Positions 38,234-51,598 of a stretch of DNA of 64,000 nt are shown here, one piece after another (the first letter of the stretch is position 1; each line of letters starts with the position of its first letter). Source of the stretch: Ginglymostoma cirratum (Eukaryota). The stretch lies in contig JAHRHZ010000030.1 in assembly GCA_024137785.1 (NCBI GenBank), positions 29,545,382-29,609,381 on the forward strand, read 5' to 3'. Position numbers and translations under genes: made by a program. Below the pieces are notes generated by a model. That model saw only the letters and a list, made by a program, of their open reading frames with translations. It was not told the DNA's origin and did no database searches.

Positions 38234-38290
38234 TTCTATAATAGCTTTCATAACTAGACCTGCACCTTTCACAATGGCCATGGAAGGGTG
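38234..38290 (-). CDS. DNAJC13: DNAJC13 exon, 57 nt, HPSMAIVKGAGLVMKAIIE
   Basis: atttag|CAC...GAA|gtgagt. Confidence 0.97.
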
Positions 38291-38504
38291 CTAAATGAAA
38301 AGAAAACAGATTATTCAATACCATCTTTAAACAGACAAGTCCTGCAATTCATGAGGAAATTTCACCATTTCGCGTGAAAATAATACACAGGCACACCCAC
38401 TTAGATCAACTGCATCTCTACCCACAGCTTTATTCAAGAACTAATGTCAAGTAGGAAATCATGTTCCAAATTTTCTAGATATTAGAGTAGAATAATCCAT
38501 GTTA

Positions 38505-38820
38505 TGCAGGTTCCACCACCTAGGGTGGGGGATTTCAAGACTAGGGGACACATTTTTAAGGAGAGAGGAGAGATTTAAAAAAAGACATGAGGCAATTTTT
38601 TCACAGAGGGTGGTTTGATTGTGCAATGAACTTCCTGAGGAAGTGGGGGATGTGGGTACAATTACACTGTTTAAAAGACATTTGGGTCAGTACATGAACA
38701 GGAAAGGTTTGGAGGGATACAGGCCAGGAGCAGACAGGCAGGACTAGTTTAGTTTGTGATTATGTTCAGCATGAACTGGTTGGACTGAAGGTCCGTTTCC
38801 ATGCTGTATGACTATGACTG
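38505..38820 (+). mobile_element. CR1/HER1-type LINE 3' end
   Basis: actaggggacacatttttaagg...cacagagggtgg, ending in tatgactatgact tail. Confidence 0.85.
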
Positions 38821-39506
38821 TATATATCAGCAATTTTCAACACCCGTAAAGCTCTCAGTACGTCAGTGTTTTGACCTCGGCAATATTTCTGTACTAATGG
38901 AAAGTGGTTCTCACTGAATTAGCATCCACGTGGAGGATAATGCCAAACAGTCAATGCCACAGAGTTTCCTTCCATTCATACATGTAGAATTAAACTGCCC
39001 CAAGCATATTTTACAGTTTTGTCCATTTTAGTATTTTATATTCTATCAATTCCCCTTCATTTGGTAGTACAGAACTTGAATATTGCCGAGAAGAGTCTTT
39101 TTAAAAGAAGATTTTTAGTCGTGCGCTTGTCAGGACAAATCACAAGGAAAAACAACATTTATACTGTATGAGAAGAGAATGCAGATGATTGACCAGTGCA
39201 CTGATTGCTAGAACCATTGCCATGAAAAATGTACCAGTTAGATAAATGACTGACGATCATCTCATCATGATTTATTTTGGTATTTCTTGCAAATTGTCTT
39301 GATGAGCACATGATAAAAGTCATCAACAAAACACACCTTCCTTTTTCAGTAATATATTAGTTACTCATTGACTGTTGAGACCAACACGGGTGGACCTCAT
39401 GTCTTGAGCCAAAACTCAATATTTCAAACCAGTGGACTATCCAAGTCCTTCTTCGGGCTGCAGAAGTTAAATTTTACAAGAAATCTTTACACAGGGAAAG
39501 ACCTAC

Positions 39507-39662
39507 CTGGAAAAGTTTGAACAGGGTTCTTCCAACATCTGCTACCATTTCTAACAACATATCAAACTGCTGCCCTTCAGTTGTCTCACTATATGGAGCA
39601 CAGAGGGCAAACGTAAGAAAATCCAGTAGAGAACTAATCACCAATGCACCTGTCCCATGATC
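39507..39662 (-). CDS. DNAJC13: DNAJC13 exon, 156 nt, [28 protein letters not shown]...TLFKLFQ
   Basis: ctgcag|GAT...CAG|gtaggt. Confidence 0.97.
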
Positions 39663-39749
39663 CTGCAGAGAAAAGAATTGAAGAGCGTGAAAGCAGTAAT
39701 GGCCTGACAGTACCGATTAGCAAAAAGCAAGCTGTTAGGTTACAGATAA

Positions 39750-39960
39750 TTATCCCTTCGTCTGCCTAACTATTTCTCGTTAGGCTCCATCTCTGCTTAT
39801 TGCTCACTCCCCTGCAACCCCCCACCTTCCCCACACCCTCAAGATAAATACCACTTTTCTCCAGATGCCAATTATGAAGAGGAGTCACAGATTCAAAACG
39901 TTAGCTGTTTCTCTTTCCATGGCTGCCAGCCTGAGTTTCTCCAGCAATTTCTTTTTTGTT
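39750..39960 (+). mobile_element. Old Penelope-like 3' terminal fragment
   Basis: Pyrimidine-rich stretch followed by tgaagaggagtcacagattcaaaacgttagctgtttctc...gagtttctccagcaatttc. Confidence 0.55.
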
Positions 39961-40239
39961 ACAGATAATTAAAAACATGCCAAGTTTAGAATGAAAGGAA
40001 TCAGGAAAATCCCAAATTCAAATCTAGCTAAGGGCAGTGATTCAGGTAGGAAGAAAGCAAGCTATAACTGGCCAATGTTCACAGGCTAATAACTGAACAA
40101 AATAAAAGGAAGAAAGCTCAGTCTGAGTTCCACTTCAAAAGCATCATTGTAGACTTTTAGGTGCCAAAACAGCCAGTGACATTTAACATGAAGCCAGATA
40201 GAAAGCGACTTGAACATGTGACCCAAGGACTGATTAGGC

Positions 40240-41610
40240 AAATAGGAGGAAGAGCAGATCACATGGCCTGCTGAGCCGTTTCAATACGAATATGGCTTAT
40301 TTTGGGATTCAGCTCTACTTTCCTGCCCACACTCCATATCACTAGGTTTCCTGAGACACCAAAAATCTGCCTCAGCACAGTCTTTTTTTTTTAATTCATT
40401 CATGGGATGAGGGTGTCACTGGCTAGACCTGCATTTATTGCCCATCCTTAATTGCCCAGAGGACAGTTAAGAGTCAACCACATTGCTGTGGGTCTGGAGT
40501 CACATGTAGGCCAGACCAGGTTAAGGATGCTTCCTTCCCTAAAGGACATTGGTGAGACAGATAGGTTTATTTTCCAGACAATGGATTTATCATTAGACTC
40601 TTAATTCTAGACTTTTATTGGATTCAAACTCCACCATCTGCCGTGGCGGGATTCGACCCTGGATTTCTGCTAGACTGTTAATCCGATAATACCGCTAGAC
40701 CATTGCCTCTCCAACCAACGATACCAACATAATAAATCAACACAATCCTTTGGGTGCAGAATTCCAAAGATTCACAACCTTCGAAGAGGTTTCTCCTCAT
40801 GCTATTCCTAAATGATCAGCCACTTGAGATAATGTTTGCTTTTAAGATGTAATGATAAACAATTTCTCAACATCTACTCTGTCAACCTCCTTTTGCACAC
40901 ACCCCCCCGCCATGAGATCACTTCTCATTCTTCTAAACACTAACGATTGAGAATCCAATTTACTCATTTTCTCATTACAGGACTACCGCAAATCACAGGA
41001 ATTAATTTAGTGAACATTTGCTGTACTGCCTCCAATGCAAGAACATCTTTTCTGAAATGCGGAGACCAAAACAGTGCACAGTACTCCACGTGGTTTCACC
41101 AAAACCTTGTAAAATCATAAGACCTCTTTACTCCTGTCCTCTGAACTATTTATAAAACACTCGCATGCCATGTGTCTTCCCAATTGCTTAATGTACTTGC
41201 TGCATAAATCTTGCAAGAACCCACCAAAATCTCTAATGCTTAAGTTTCACATTCTTTAAAAGAAAAATCTGCTTCTTCTGGTGTAAGATCAAAGCGATTA
41301 CCTTCACACTTCCTGGCATTCACTTAATAGATCTGTGTCTATGTGCTGTCCTACCTTTGCAATTAATTTTACATATGCCTAATTGCTGACATTAGTTACT
41401 TAGATGGAGACACAAATATAGATCACAAATAACTGAGGCCCCAACAATGAGCTCTCTGGCACTCCACCAGTCACTGCCTGCCAACTTGAAAATATATTTT
41501 TTGTTTATACCCACTCACTGCTTCCTTCCATTAAATAAATACTCTAGCCACATTAACATATTAACCCCAACTGCATTGGTCCCATCTTCCTCTTAAGCTT
41601 TTGTGTAACT
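40240..41610 (-). mobile_element. Old CR1 LINE fragment interrupted by a SINE
   Basis: CR1 3' tail at 40240-40380, resuming at 40740 (agaattccaaagattcacaacc...ggagaccaaaacagtgcacagtactcca). Confidence 0.7.
40385..40712 (-). mobile_element. tRNA-derived SINE (family A), well preserved
   Basis: Minus strand: gaggcaatggtctagcgg (A-box-like)...gggtcgaatcccgcc (B-box), body, and gggcaataaatgc...catcccatgaatgaattaaaaaa tail. Confidence 0.85.
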
Positions 41611-42114
41611 TAAGCAAAATCATCAATAACATGAGATGACACCCAAGTATGGGCCAGCGTCCATACAAAGTAAAAACCACATTCTTCCATTCAGCTATTT
41701 GCATCACCATTATCTGAAAGCAGAATTAAAATTAAAACGGAGTTTCAAAAGTCTCAACATCCAGAGTCTCATTTTAAAACCAGTGAAGAAAAATGTCAAC
41801 CATCGATACAAAAAGCGCACACATACCAATGGTTATGTGTGCGCACACGTACGTACATATCAGTCAAATATTGTGCAAGGATGTTTCAGGGCTCAATACA
41901 CCTCGTGCAAAAGGCTCAAACTGAGTTTTATTAGTTGATTTTCAACACAGCCACCTGCACTTTACCAACATTTTGCTTTCACACATTTTTTCCTTATCTC
42001 ACTGTATCATCTCCTTGTCTTCAGACTTTTTGAAAGCTATTCTCAAGTCTTCTGATTCAGATCTTACCACTTCCTGTGCCATGGCTGCCATCCAAGTTGA
42101 GGTACAGTTAATGT

Positions 42115-42208
42115 GACACAGACAGAGAGAGAGAGAGACAGAGACACAGACAGAGAGAGAGAGAGACAGAGACACAGACAGAGAGAGAGAGACACACACA
42201 CACACACA
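42115..42208. repeat. Compound (GA)n/(GACA)/(CA)n microsatellite
   Basis: Directly visible; three ~28-bp higher-order units followed by a CA run. Confidence 0.95.
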
Positions 42209-43748
42209 GTACATGCAAATACTCTTCAGGATAGATCTAAAGTGAAACTCCTCTAAAATAACACAAAGCCCATAATCTATTTCTTATTGGCGCTGCATTC
42301 TTGAGCATCATTTGCATGATTTTTGACACTACCCAACAACAGGCAGTGATTTAGGAATCCTGGTGCCCAGTTGGCAGATTCCTCATGTTTAATCTACTGC
42401 TCTGTAACAGGATCAGGCTTATAAAGCACATTGATGCAGAAAACTACACACGAGAGAGATTTTCCAAAACAGTGATCCCACAAAAGTATTGCCAAGTGTA
42501 GAAGAGGTCTTCCTTTCCTCGGTCTAATATTTCTTAATCTTATTTAATGCCCAACACATTATGTTTTCATGTCACCTCTGTGCAAAAACCACTTTTTTTT
42601 TTTAAAAAATTGGACTGAAGACAGAAAAGAGATTCTGCTTTAAACCAAGGGAATTGTTTAAAGGAGGTATTTGTAGTTTTAAAAGCAAGTTACTGAAACA
42701 GTTGCATATACAATGTTGCCTTATTCAAGGAGAATTCTAGACAGAATAGCACCGGAGAGTGCATGTACACGTTTAGGGCAATTTTGCCCAGAGACAGTCT
42801 TTTGATTGTTTTTTTCCAATTGGGACCGGTTGTTTCAGGATTAGGTGGGCTCAGCAAAGTAACAGCCACTTGACTGATTCATGGGCAAGTGGCGACAGCC
42901 AAAAACACAGCCTGCAACAAAGCATCCATTTCTTGTTCTCTCTTCTATGTGGAGAGGAGAAAAGAAATCCCTAGTCACTAGCTACTCTCCCTCACCTTTC
43001 TCCAAGTTGTTTTCTCCAGCAAAATCTCAACTAGTCAGAACAACAAACTCAGTGTATCCACAAAAGAGTCAAAAGAAAATTCAATGTCAGTGATCCATAC
43101 TGGCTCTAGAACAGTGTACCTTTTTCCCCTCCCCACAATATTTTGTTGTTTACTTGTTTGAAGGAGTGTCCGAATTCTAAAAAGGGGTAGGGAGTTTAAG
43201 TTAGCAACTCATGTTTTGTTCTTGCCATTATTTAAAAGCAGATAGATTAAATATTTTCTTGTTAATGAAAAAAACCTGGCATGCCTATTCTTTTAACCCA
43301 AGTTAAACAATTTGGTAGAGCTGGGCATTACCTCCAACGGTTCAATTAAACTTGCATATTATTGATACTCAGCGGAATAGCGGGGCTGGATTTCCACTAC
43401 GGAAGAGTTGACAGGAACTTGTGGACTCCAATCTATTTGTGCAATCATTCACTGGACCATGCACAACTGAGTGGGAAAGAATAAAACTGAAAACAAAAAA
43501 GCACGAACCCTCAAATTCACCAAAACATATCTGTGTACAATTATACAATTTTCATTCATGAGAACATTAGCTATGGTATTTTGAACAGTCTTTGCAGTTC
43601 AACCGGTTTTTATTAATGTGACATAATGTGGCTACTGACGTATGATTGCCGTTCTAAAGTACGGTTGTTTAAAAAGTTCCACAATGTAATGAAATGAGAT
43701 AATTACTAAAATTATGAAGTTTCACCATGTTATGTGAAACAGACTTAC

Positions 43749-43856
43749 CACATGGGTATTGAACTTATCAAGTAAATTTTCTAAAAACTTCTTTGAAGAG
43801 AGAAGTGATGCTTTGTTCAGCTGCTCTTGTCTCAAATCATAGTCATCATGCATAGG
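43749..43856 (-). CDS. DNAJC13: DNAJC13 exon, 108 nt, [36 protein letters not shown]
   Basis: atttag|CCT...GTG|gtaagt. Confidence 0.97.
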
Positions 43857-45158
43857 CTAAATTTGATAAAATTAACAATTAATTTTTCAAAATAACTAAT
43901 GAATTTCAAATTCATACTATCCCAAGACATGCACTATTAACAAATTAAAGCATTGATAGCGATAAACCTAAGTATCTTTAAAGATACGGGATATATACAC
44001 ACATGCGCACAGTAAATTTGGAGGCAGGTTTATCACCTTTCGAATTTCCTATGAAAAATCAATTAAACTGTACTCATTCATGAATGCAGAGATGTAAAAT
44101 TTCCAGATAAAATTCACAGGTATCAGTTTATGCAAAATATTAATTTTAAAATCACCTCAAAATAATGTCTTCATTACATCAACTTGTCACAAACTAACGC
44201 TATGCTGCCAAATGGTACTTAGCATCCTTGTATGGATGTTGATTTATTCCAAAAATGCAAAAAAAAAAACCATGCCCTTTTTGATGTGTGGGGAAGGGGT
44301 ATACTATGCAACGTCCCCTTAAGATTTTCCTCAAAACAATGGGGTACATAAATACTATTCCATCTTTAATTGTAATGGCGATTTTCCCCTCGGTGAGTTG
44401 GGAAGCAAAAGGCAACAAATAAAAATTTTAAAAATGTCAGAACAAGATGAAAGAAATGAGATAGGATGGGGTAAAGTTGCGGACAGATTTGAAACAGGTC
44501 CAGAAACTTTACAGTAGCAGTAGTCACCATTCTCTCTTCCTCCCACCACCCTCCCAATTTACCAGACTAGTAGCAGAGATGAAGGATCCCAGTTGTGGGA
44601 AGAAACCAGAGAAGCTGGGATTGTTCTTTAATAAAATAAAACGTTAGTCAAAAAGAATGGTTCAGAATTTTGTTACAGCAGACTGATAGGAAGAAACTGT
44701 TCCTCTGGTAACAAGATCAACATACAGAGCACAGATTCAAAACCAAGAGCAAAAAGCTGCCTCGGTGTGATCATTTTTTTAAAAAATACACACCAAGTTT
44801 TGATTTGGAAATGTTACCCAACAGGGTGGCCGGAGCAGATTCAATATTACATTTGCAAGGGAACTGAATAAATCCATTAAAAGTTGGAGCTTTCTGGGAA
44901 AGCAAGGAAGTTGTACTAATAGAACAGCTCTTTCAAAAGAGCCTGTTGTTCGGCTCAACAGCCGCTTTCTCTAATACAAGTTTCAATGACTACTTAAACT
45001 GCAACATATTGGGAAAAATGGGAGGGGAAATTAGATCTCTACTTGCACGGCAAAGAATATAGTGACCAATTTTACACAACATTTTGATTATTTTGCATGC
45101 AGGTATTGTTGGATCCGAGGGGATTGTGAATAAAATTTTAACATTACACTATACTTAC

Positions 45159-45258
45159 ACACATCAGAGCACACAACACATCGATGGCAGCATGTGTAAC
45201 ACCATCATGGTTTCTTTTTAAAGCCTTTACTGTTTTCACACCCAGCCTCTCTCGAAAT
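45159..45258 (-). CDS. DNAJC13: DNAJC13 exon, 100 nt, [33 protein letters not shown]
   Basis: gttcag|A TTT...TGT|gtaagt. Confidence 0.97.
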
Positions 45259-46301
45259 CTGAACGTACAACATAGGGAAAAAAGGTCACACATTACAGTG
45301 ACAAAATCTACAGAAACACCACGGCTCAAAATGTTTGCAAACCAAATGTGATGTTGTCAGCATAATTCAGCTAAAAATGTACAGAAGTTTATAAACTGCA
45401 CATTAACTGTTAAAAGTTCTTGCCATAGGAGATCAGACTCTCACTGGAGGTTGGAGGAAAAACAAAAAAAAAGCGTGCCTGGTTTCAATACTGATCACAA
45501 ACTCTATCATTGTGTATTATCGCCAAGTCTGCACTAATTACTGAAGGGTGGCTGCAAGACCCTAGGCTCTTGGTCATAACGCTAATGTGAGGCTTCTTGA
45601 AATTGTACATTCTCTAAACAATAACCAAATTGTACATTATGGTATTATACACAATTAGTCTATTTACTTTACTAGGTTGCCTACAGTTTGTGTTTTCCCC
45701 CCAATCTACACCTTGCAGTCATGATAATACTCTTCAATCATTCACGCCTACGGTACACGCTGCTCAGGTTCCTTATAAAAAGCACGTTACATTGTCATTT
45801 TGATCAAACTGAGCCAGTTAAAGGTTGGGTCTGTTTGTGGTAAACCTTCAATTGAGAGAAAGGGACATGGCAATGCGTAAAATAACCTAGAAAAAGCACA
45901 AGAAAATCTTCTTCCAGTTGTAAGCACTGATAACATTCATGAGCAGAAAGAAAATGCAAGTCACTGCAGGAATAAGCATAGTGAAAGATTTATTACATTT
46001 CCACAACAACCACCTGTACTTGCATCAAACATCTCAACCAAATTCATGTTCAGGATTTACTGACAAACCATTGGTGTGTCACACCTACTCTATACCTGAG
46101 CTAAACCATTCAGTTCCTACAACCGTTGATTAGTTCACTGTAGCAGATTTACTGCCGCTTTACTGTTCCTAGTTCTGGAAAATTTGTACTTGAAGGACTT
46201 CTGTATACAACAAGTACAACTTTTAAAACTAGTTTGATCATCCCAATTCATGGCCACCTGCAAGCCAGGTGGCCTTTTGATATAATAAAAAGGTTGCTTA
46301 C

Positions 46302-46471
46302 TTAGGAAGTTTTGTGAACGCTTGAAAACCAGCCTTCGAAGCAACCAATCGTCTCACAGCCTGAAACTGGCTCTCCAGTTCTGCATTATTAGCAGCTTGA
46401 TCGCCTTCTTGAGACAGTAACGCCGTGATAGCATTATTAATAAGTTTCTCTTTGTTCTCAGAAAAAAGGCC
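46302..46471 (-). CDS. DNAJC13: DNAJC13 exon, 170 nt, [24 protein letters not shown]...[10 protein letters not shown]
   Basis: ctgcag|GGC...CCT AA|gtaagc. Confidence 0.97.
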
Positions 46472-46565
46472 CTGCAGAAAACAGACAATTCTCTTTAAAG
46501 CTTACCACCTCATGCAAAAAAAAATTTGAAAGACTTGCAAGGCTTTAAAGGAAAATTGCTCTTAC

Positions 46566-46645
46566 ATCTTGAGTCACTGCATGCAGAACTCCACTGTATG
46601 AGATGTTCGCATTAAACCTAAACACTGCATCTGAAAAACTGCCAT
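46566..46645 (-). CDS. DNAJC13: DNAJC13 exon, 80 nt, (N)[26 protein letters not shown]
   Basis: tttcag|AT GGC...GAT|gtaaga. Confidence 0.97.
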
Positions 46646-47107
46646 CTGAAATGCAACATTAAAGAAATGAGTGCAATAACAGAATAATTAAACAAAATGT
46701 GCACTCCATCGATCGTAAAGTTATCTTCAACTATATGGATCTTTGAACTAAAATTATATTTTAGTAACTGCTCGTGCTTTGAGATTTTGGACAGAAGTGA
46801 TTTATAGACTTTTCAAGGCCAAGTGTGCAGCAAACATGAAGCTCTTTTCAAATATGCCAAAGCACAACTTTATGGTGCAAAACTATAAAGTGCATTCAAA
46901 GAAGAACATTTGAAATGTTTGTTAATGCATATTGTAGGACAACTATAGCTGACATTGCACAAAGATAAAACTGAAGTGAAGTGCAGCAAAACTATAAGAC
47001 TGAATTATGCAATAGCTTGTCATTTAAAGCAATGGTTATTACCAGAAATGTGAAGCAAAGATGCACTAGGAACAATGTTGCTGATTTGACAAATCAAATG
47101 CACTTAC

Positions 47108-47274
47108 TTGGAGGAGCATTTAGAAACCGAAGATGTAGACTTTCTACTTCTTCATCCACTGGCATGCTCAGCAGCCCCCATCTCTGCCCTTTCTGAGTTG
47201 GTATCATCCTTACACACACATCTCTGTTACCAGAAGCTCTCACACCATCTAGCAAGCTAGCCATTAAGGAGTCT
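47108..47274 (-). CDS. DNAJC13: DNAJC13 exon, 167 nt, [21 protein letters not shown]...[10 protein letters not shown]
   Basis: acttag|A GAC...CCA A|gtaagt. Confidence 0.97.
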
Positions 47275-49379
47275 CTAAGTAAAGGAAGGTAAAGTTGCTC
47301 AGAATTGATACATTAGACGTAAAAAAACTTTAGTTATACGTATACCTACCGCTTTCATAGTTAATCAAATTCCTTATTTACGTTTTATCAACTTCTTAAT
47401 AATCAAACTGAGAGTCTCAAAAATACAAAGTCAACCACAGTAACAGTACCATCTAGTCCTCAACACTTATGAAGCTATTCTAATATATAAACTTCTAATT
47501 CATGTAAGGTAAGCAATGAATAAATCATATCGTGAACACCGAAGGATTCTGAATGGGGATTTTTGAAGTCTGCTCTTCCAAGTGTTTCACGCAAAAACAG
47601 GAACTATTGAGGTGAAATTCATCAGGAAACAGACAAGAAAGAAATTGAAACCCTTGGATTAACAGGGTAAACACTTGGTTTAAAAAAGCATAACCTGATT
47701 AAAAGTATCAACAGATGAACGAAACCCCATATGAAATGAAACCGCAAACAGGCTAACTTGGGATTGACAATCTACAAAGCAACACTGCGAAGTGTACAAG
47801 GAGCACGAGGAAATTGTTACATTTGCTCAAACAGTGGCATGCTTCCTATTATCGTGTCACAGATAAACTCTGCACTTTTGGAGATCATTGGCTACGAGCA
47901 ATAAGCTAATAACAAGGTTAACAAAGAGACAGCAAGATAACTGCTAATTGAAACCATGAGAAGGCAACTGAAAGAAAAAAGTCCATTGATGGTTGATCGG
48001 CCCATTTGGAAGAGAGTTTGGAAATGAAAGCAAAGGATTACAAATGATTCTGAGCAAGCAAGTGGTTTGAAGATGAAAACTTGTTTCCTTATCGCTCGAG
48101 ACTGACAACTGATCATATTCAGCTTACAGATTTGCACTCCAGACAAGATGAAATAGCATCTTTACCTAGAAAGTTTAAGTGAATTGGTGTCATCAGTAAT
48201 GAGACTGATGTGTTTCAGTCTCAGTTGATTGATACTTTAGGGTAGAAAATGTTAAAGAACTCTACAACATCAATTCCTTAGTTTCTATAATGATCTTCAA
48301 ACAATCATTTTATTGACTTTATCCAGTTCCATATGTAGTCCATGCTATTTCTTAACAGACAGTTTAGCTAAAACAGCTTTTTAAAAACATTCAGCTCAAA
48401 TCACGCTCAAGTACTTTGGTTGGTAACTTAAAATTTACAAAGTCCAGCTTATCATGTCAAAGGAAACACATCCAGGTTGCACCATCTTTTAGTTTTAAAA
48501 GGTTGATGGTGGTGGGGCGTGTGAAGAGAGACCGAGCAGGAGACAGAACGAGTGAAGTAAGATACTTTCTGCATCTGCTCCTCCAAAGTCTGGCAAGTCT
48601 TCAAAGACAAAAAAGCTTAGATATATAAATTCATTCCTCAGACCTGCAAGTTAAGAAACTATGCTCCTCCTAGAACATCAACAAGACATGACTGAAGTTT
48701 AGAATTTACAGTACCAGTCCTGAGCAATTATCCTTGTTCTTTACACAGAAAAAAAGCTATGCTAAATAACTTGGATTTTAATATTGAAGAAATCATACAT
48801 AAACATGCAAGTTACATGGTCTGGTGCTGCTCTTGGCATTATGCTGAAGAGTTAAAAGAATTTGACTTGATAAAAAATTAAATAATCATATTGTAGAGTT
48901 AAGGCATGTTTATGTTATAAACTGAAGACCTAAATACTTTCGCCCCGATGTGGGTATTCACCCTAAAATTGCACAAGGAACCTGCAATAACATTTCTCTT
49001 TTCGATAATCATTTCTCTCGATTTCATTTGCCACTAATAAAATTGTCTCCACTGCTCAAAATGGTGGGACAAGTACTGTACCTTTAATGAGTTGCCAATC
49101 AAGTCAGTTAAAAAAAAAAAGACTTTAAAAACCTGCTTCTACTTCAGCATAAGAAACTATTGCAGCTGTAACAGAGGGAGACTGAGGAAGCTAAATCAGA
49201 TTAGAGGCACATATTTTACACTCCCAACGGTACGGAAAAAAAGAAAGTAGTGCTACACTATACCAAACTTAGAAGCGGCAGGGAGAACTATGTAAAACAA
49301 GTAGCTGATTTAAAAAGGTTAAAAATATCTGCTCTTTGACACACAATGAACTGGACTCCAAAAGCTTGCTGTGTCACAA

Positions 49380-49760
49380 ATTTTGCAAATGTAATAACCA
49401 ATACAAACAGCAAACTACAGAAGGGCAAACAGCTGGCAGAAGAAATTCAACACAGGAAGGAAGAAATCAGGACAGGCGATATAAAATGGTACAATTTTAA
49501 CAGGAGTTAGGAAGAGTGAGACCTGGGAATTCATACACACAAATCCACAAAGGCAGTAGAATGAGTTACTAAAAGGCAGTTTGAAACTATGCAGGTTTTA
49601 TAGAGGCACATAGTACAAAACCAAAAGGTTTGGCACATATTTATAAAATCACTGGTTAAGCTGAAGTACTGACCATAATTCTGTGCTCTATATAGGAAGA
49701 AAGATTTGCCAAACAGCATCAGGGACAAAGCATTTTAGATGTGTGGTAGCCCAAGAAATT
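49380..49760 (+). mobile_element. Old CR1 LINE fragment
   Basis: tgggcaaacagctggcagaagaaattcaaca-like motif (WQ.KFN), gagacctgggaattc, ataaaatcactggttaagc. Confidence 0.55.
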
Positions 49761-51180
49761 GGAAGATTCAATTAGGAAAAGGTCAAGAGGAAATGTAAAT
49801 CAGAGAATTTAATAAATTTTAAATTCTGAGTTTTTTCTTTAAACAAACTAGATAATGAGAAGCTTTCATCTTGTAGCAAGGTCACAAGAAGGTACATATT
49901 GGAAATAATTAGACAGTAATGCTGGGTTGGTTGGTGGTGGGATGGGGAGGGGGGAATGGGTTGAGAAGTTAGACTTGGAATGCACTTTCTGAAAAGAACA
50001 TTGGAACTGCAGTAGACCAGACTGCAATCTAGCATTTTCTGCCGGTGAATGACTGAGCTATATCTCAATTCCTTTTATCTGTATTTGTTTTACAAATTTC
50101 ACTATCTTTGGTGAAAGATAAAGATCAGTTTTGACATTTTTAATTGAACTTCAGTTTTAGAAGGAGTGTTCCAGAATTTCAATAGTTTTTGTATGAAGGA
50201 GGGCTACCTGATATGACCCCTAAACTATCTAGCTCTAACATCAGGGTTCCTTTAGATCAACCCCTCCTACACACAAGGAAATAATTTCTATCCACCCCAA
50301 CTAAGTCTTTTTGATTATTTTAAATACCTCAATTAGATCAATCCTGAAATCATCTTCACTCAGGAATACAAGCCTAGATTATGCAACATATCACAACAAT
50401 TTAACTTCAATGTCATTCTGGTAATTTGTCCTATACCACCATCAGGGCAAATATATATCACTCCTTCTTATCCGTGAGTGTTCTTTTCCCAACAACCGTC
50501 ACAAACGATGACATTCACAGGTACAGAGCTCACTAAAAGTAGTTGATACATGATTTTTGCCCGGGGATACTGAACTTTGTTACTTATTTTTTGGCACAGA
50601 TAGGCAAATTCACAATTTGGCAGATACACAGGATTTACTGCACATCCTTAGGTTTGGTGCGCAAACCTGAATGTGATGCTCCAGAAGAAACAGATCATTG
50701 TCCAGGTCCATACACTGAACTCCACCTGTCAGTTTTGCCCCCTCAATTGATCAATGATCCTTTGCACCTTCCTGCAGACTCAATGGTAACTACCAAAAAG
50801 GAGCCAAAGCACTAGTCAAAAATGATAATTTCCAGGACAATGGAGAAAGGGCAGAACGTACAATGAACTGATAGCTCTTTCTGAAAGAGTCAACACAGGC
50901 ATAATGGGCCGCATAGCCTCTGTCTCTGCCTTGCTGCTGTGAAAGAGCATGTTTCTGAAAATTAAAGTCCATATTATACGCAAGCCATTTTGTTTCATAA
51001 ACAGAAAACTTAGAACTGTTGGCAGAGGCCTACAATTCCCTGGAGTTCAGTTTACATGTTAAAACGTTCCAAAAATGAATCACTTCAACATTGTGAGAAT
51101 TTCTTCAAGAACTGAAAACCAGATATGTCCCTCTGAGCACACAGTGTAAAACAAATAACAGGATAGAGAGAATCTCATAC

Positions 51181-51272
51181 CTTTCAGTGGATGAATACTT
51201 GTAAACCTGCCCTTTAATGTATTCAATAGTAAACTGCTGAGGATTATCAGAATCAAGCACTAGAGCAAATAT
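51181..51272 (-). CDS. DNAJC13: DNAJC13 exon, 92 nt, [31 protein letters not shown]
   Basis: ccacag|ATA...GAA AG|gtatga. Confidence 0.96.
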
Positions 51273-51598
51273 CTGTGGGGGAAGAAAACATTACTAGAAC
51301 TCAACAGACTCTGTTTCATTAACACAGGAAAACAAATTGGCAACCTTCAGAATTGATTTTTTAAAAAGCAAACAAAAATCTATGAACTGTATGCCGGATA
51401 ATTCCAAATATAGAGGGATCCCACAAAAAGGAATCTTGCAAATTAAGTTCAAGACCAGATTTCAATATATTTGCACTACAATGTATAACAAATTTATTTA
51501 AGCAATAGCTCGAATTGTCTTAATTTTCAAATTGGAAACTTGAAACCCTAACCCTTTTAGATATTTACTTGTTCATGAAAGACATTCACTTCATAAAG

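Noticed and set aside
41999-42214. ORF MYCVCVCVSLSLS...
   Set aside because: Translation of a microsatellite.
48708-49080. Short imperfect inverted repeat tacagtaccagtcc / ggacaagtactgta
   Set aside because: Too short and mismatched, and the interior is unrecognisable; cannot support a DNA transposon call.
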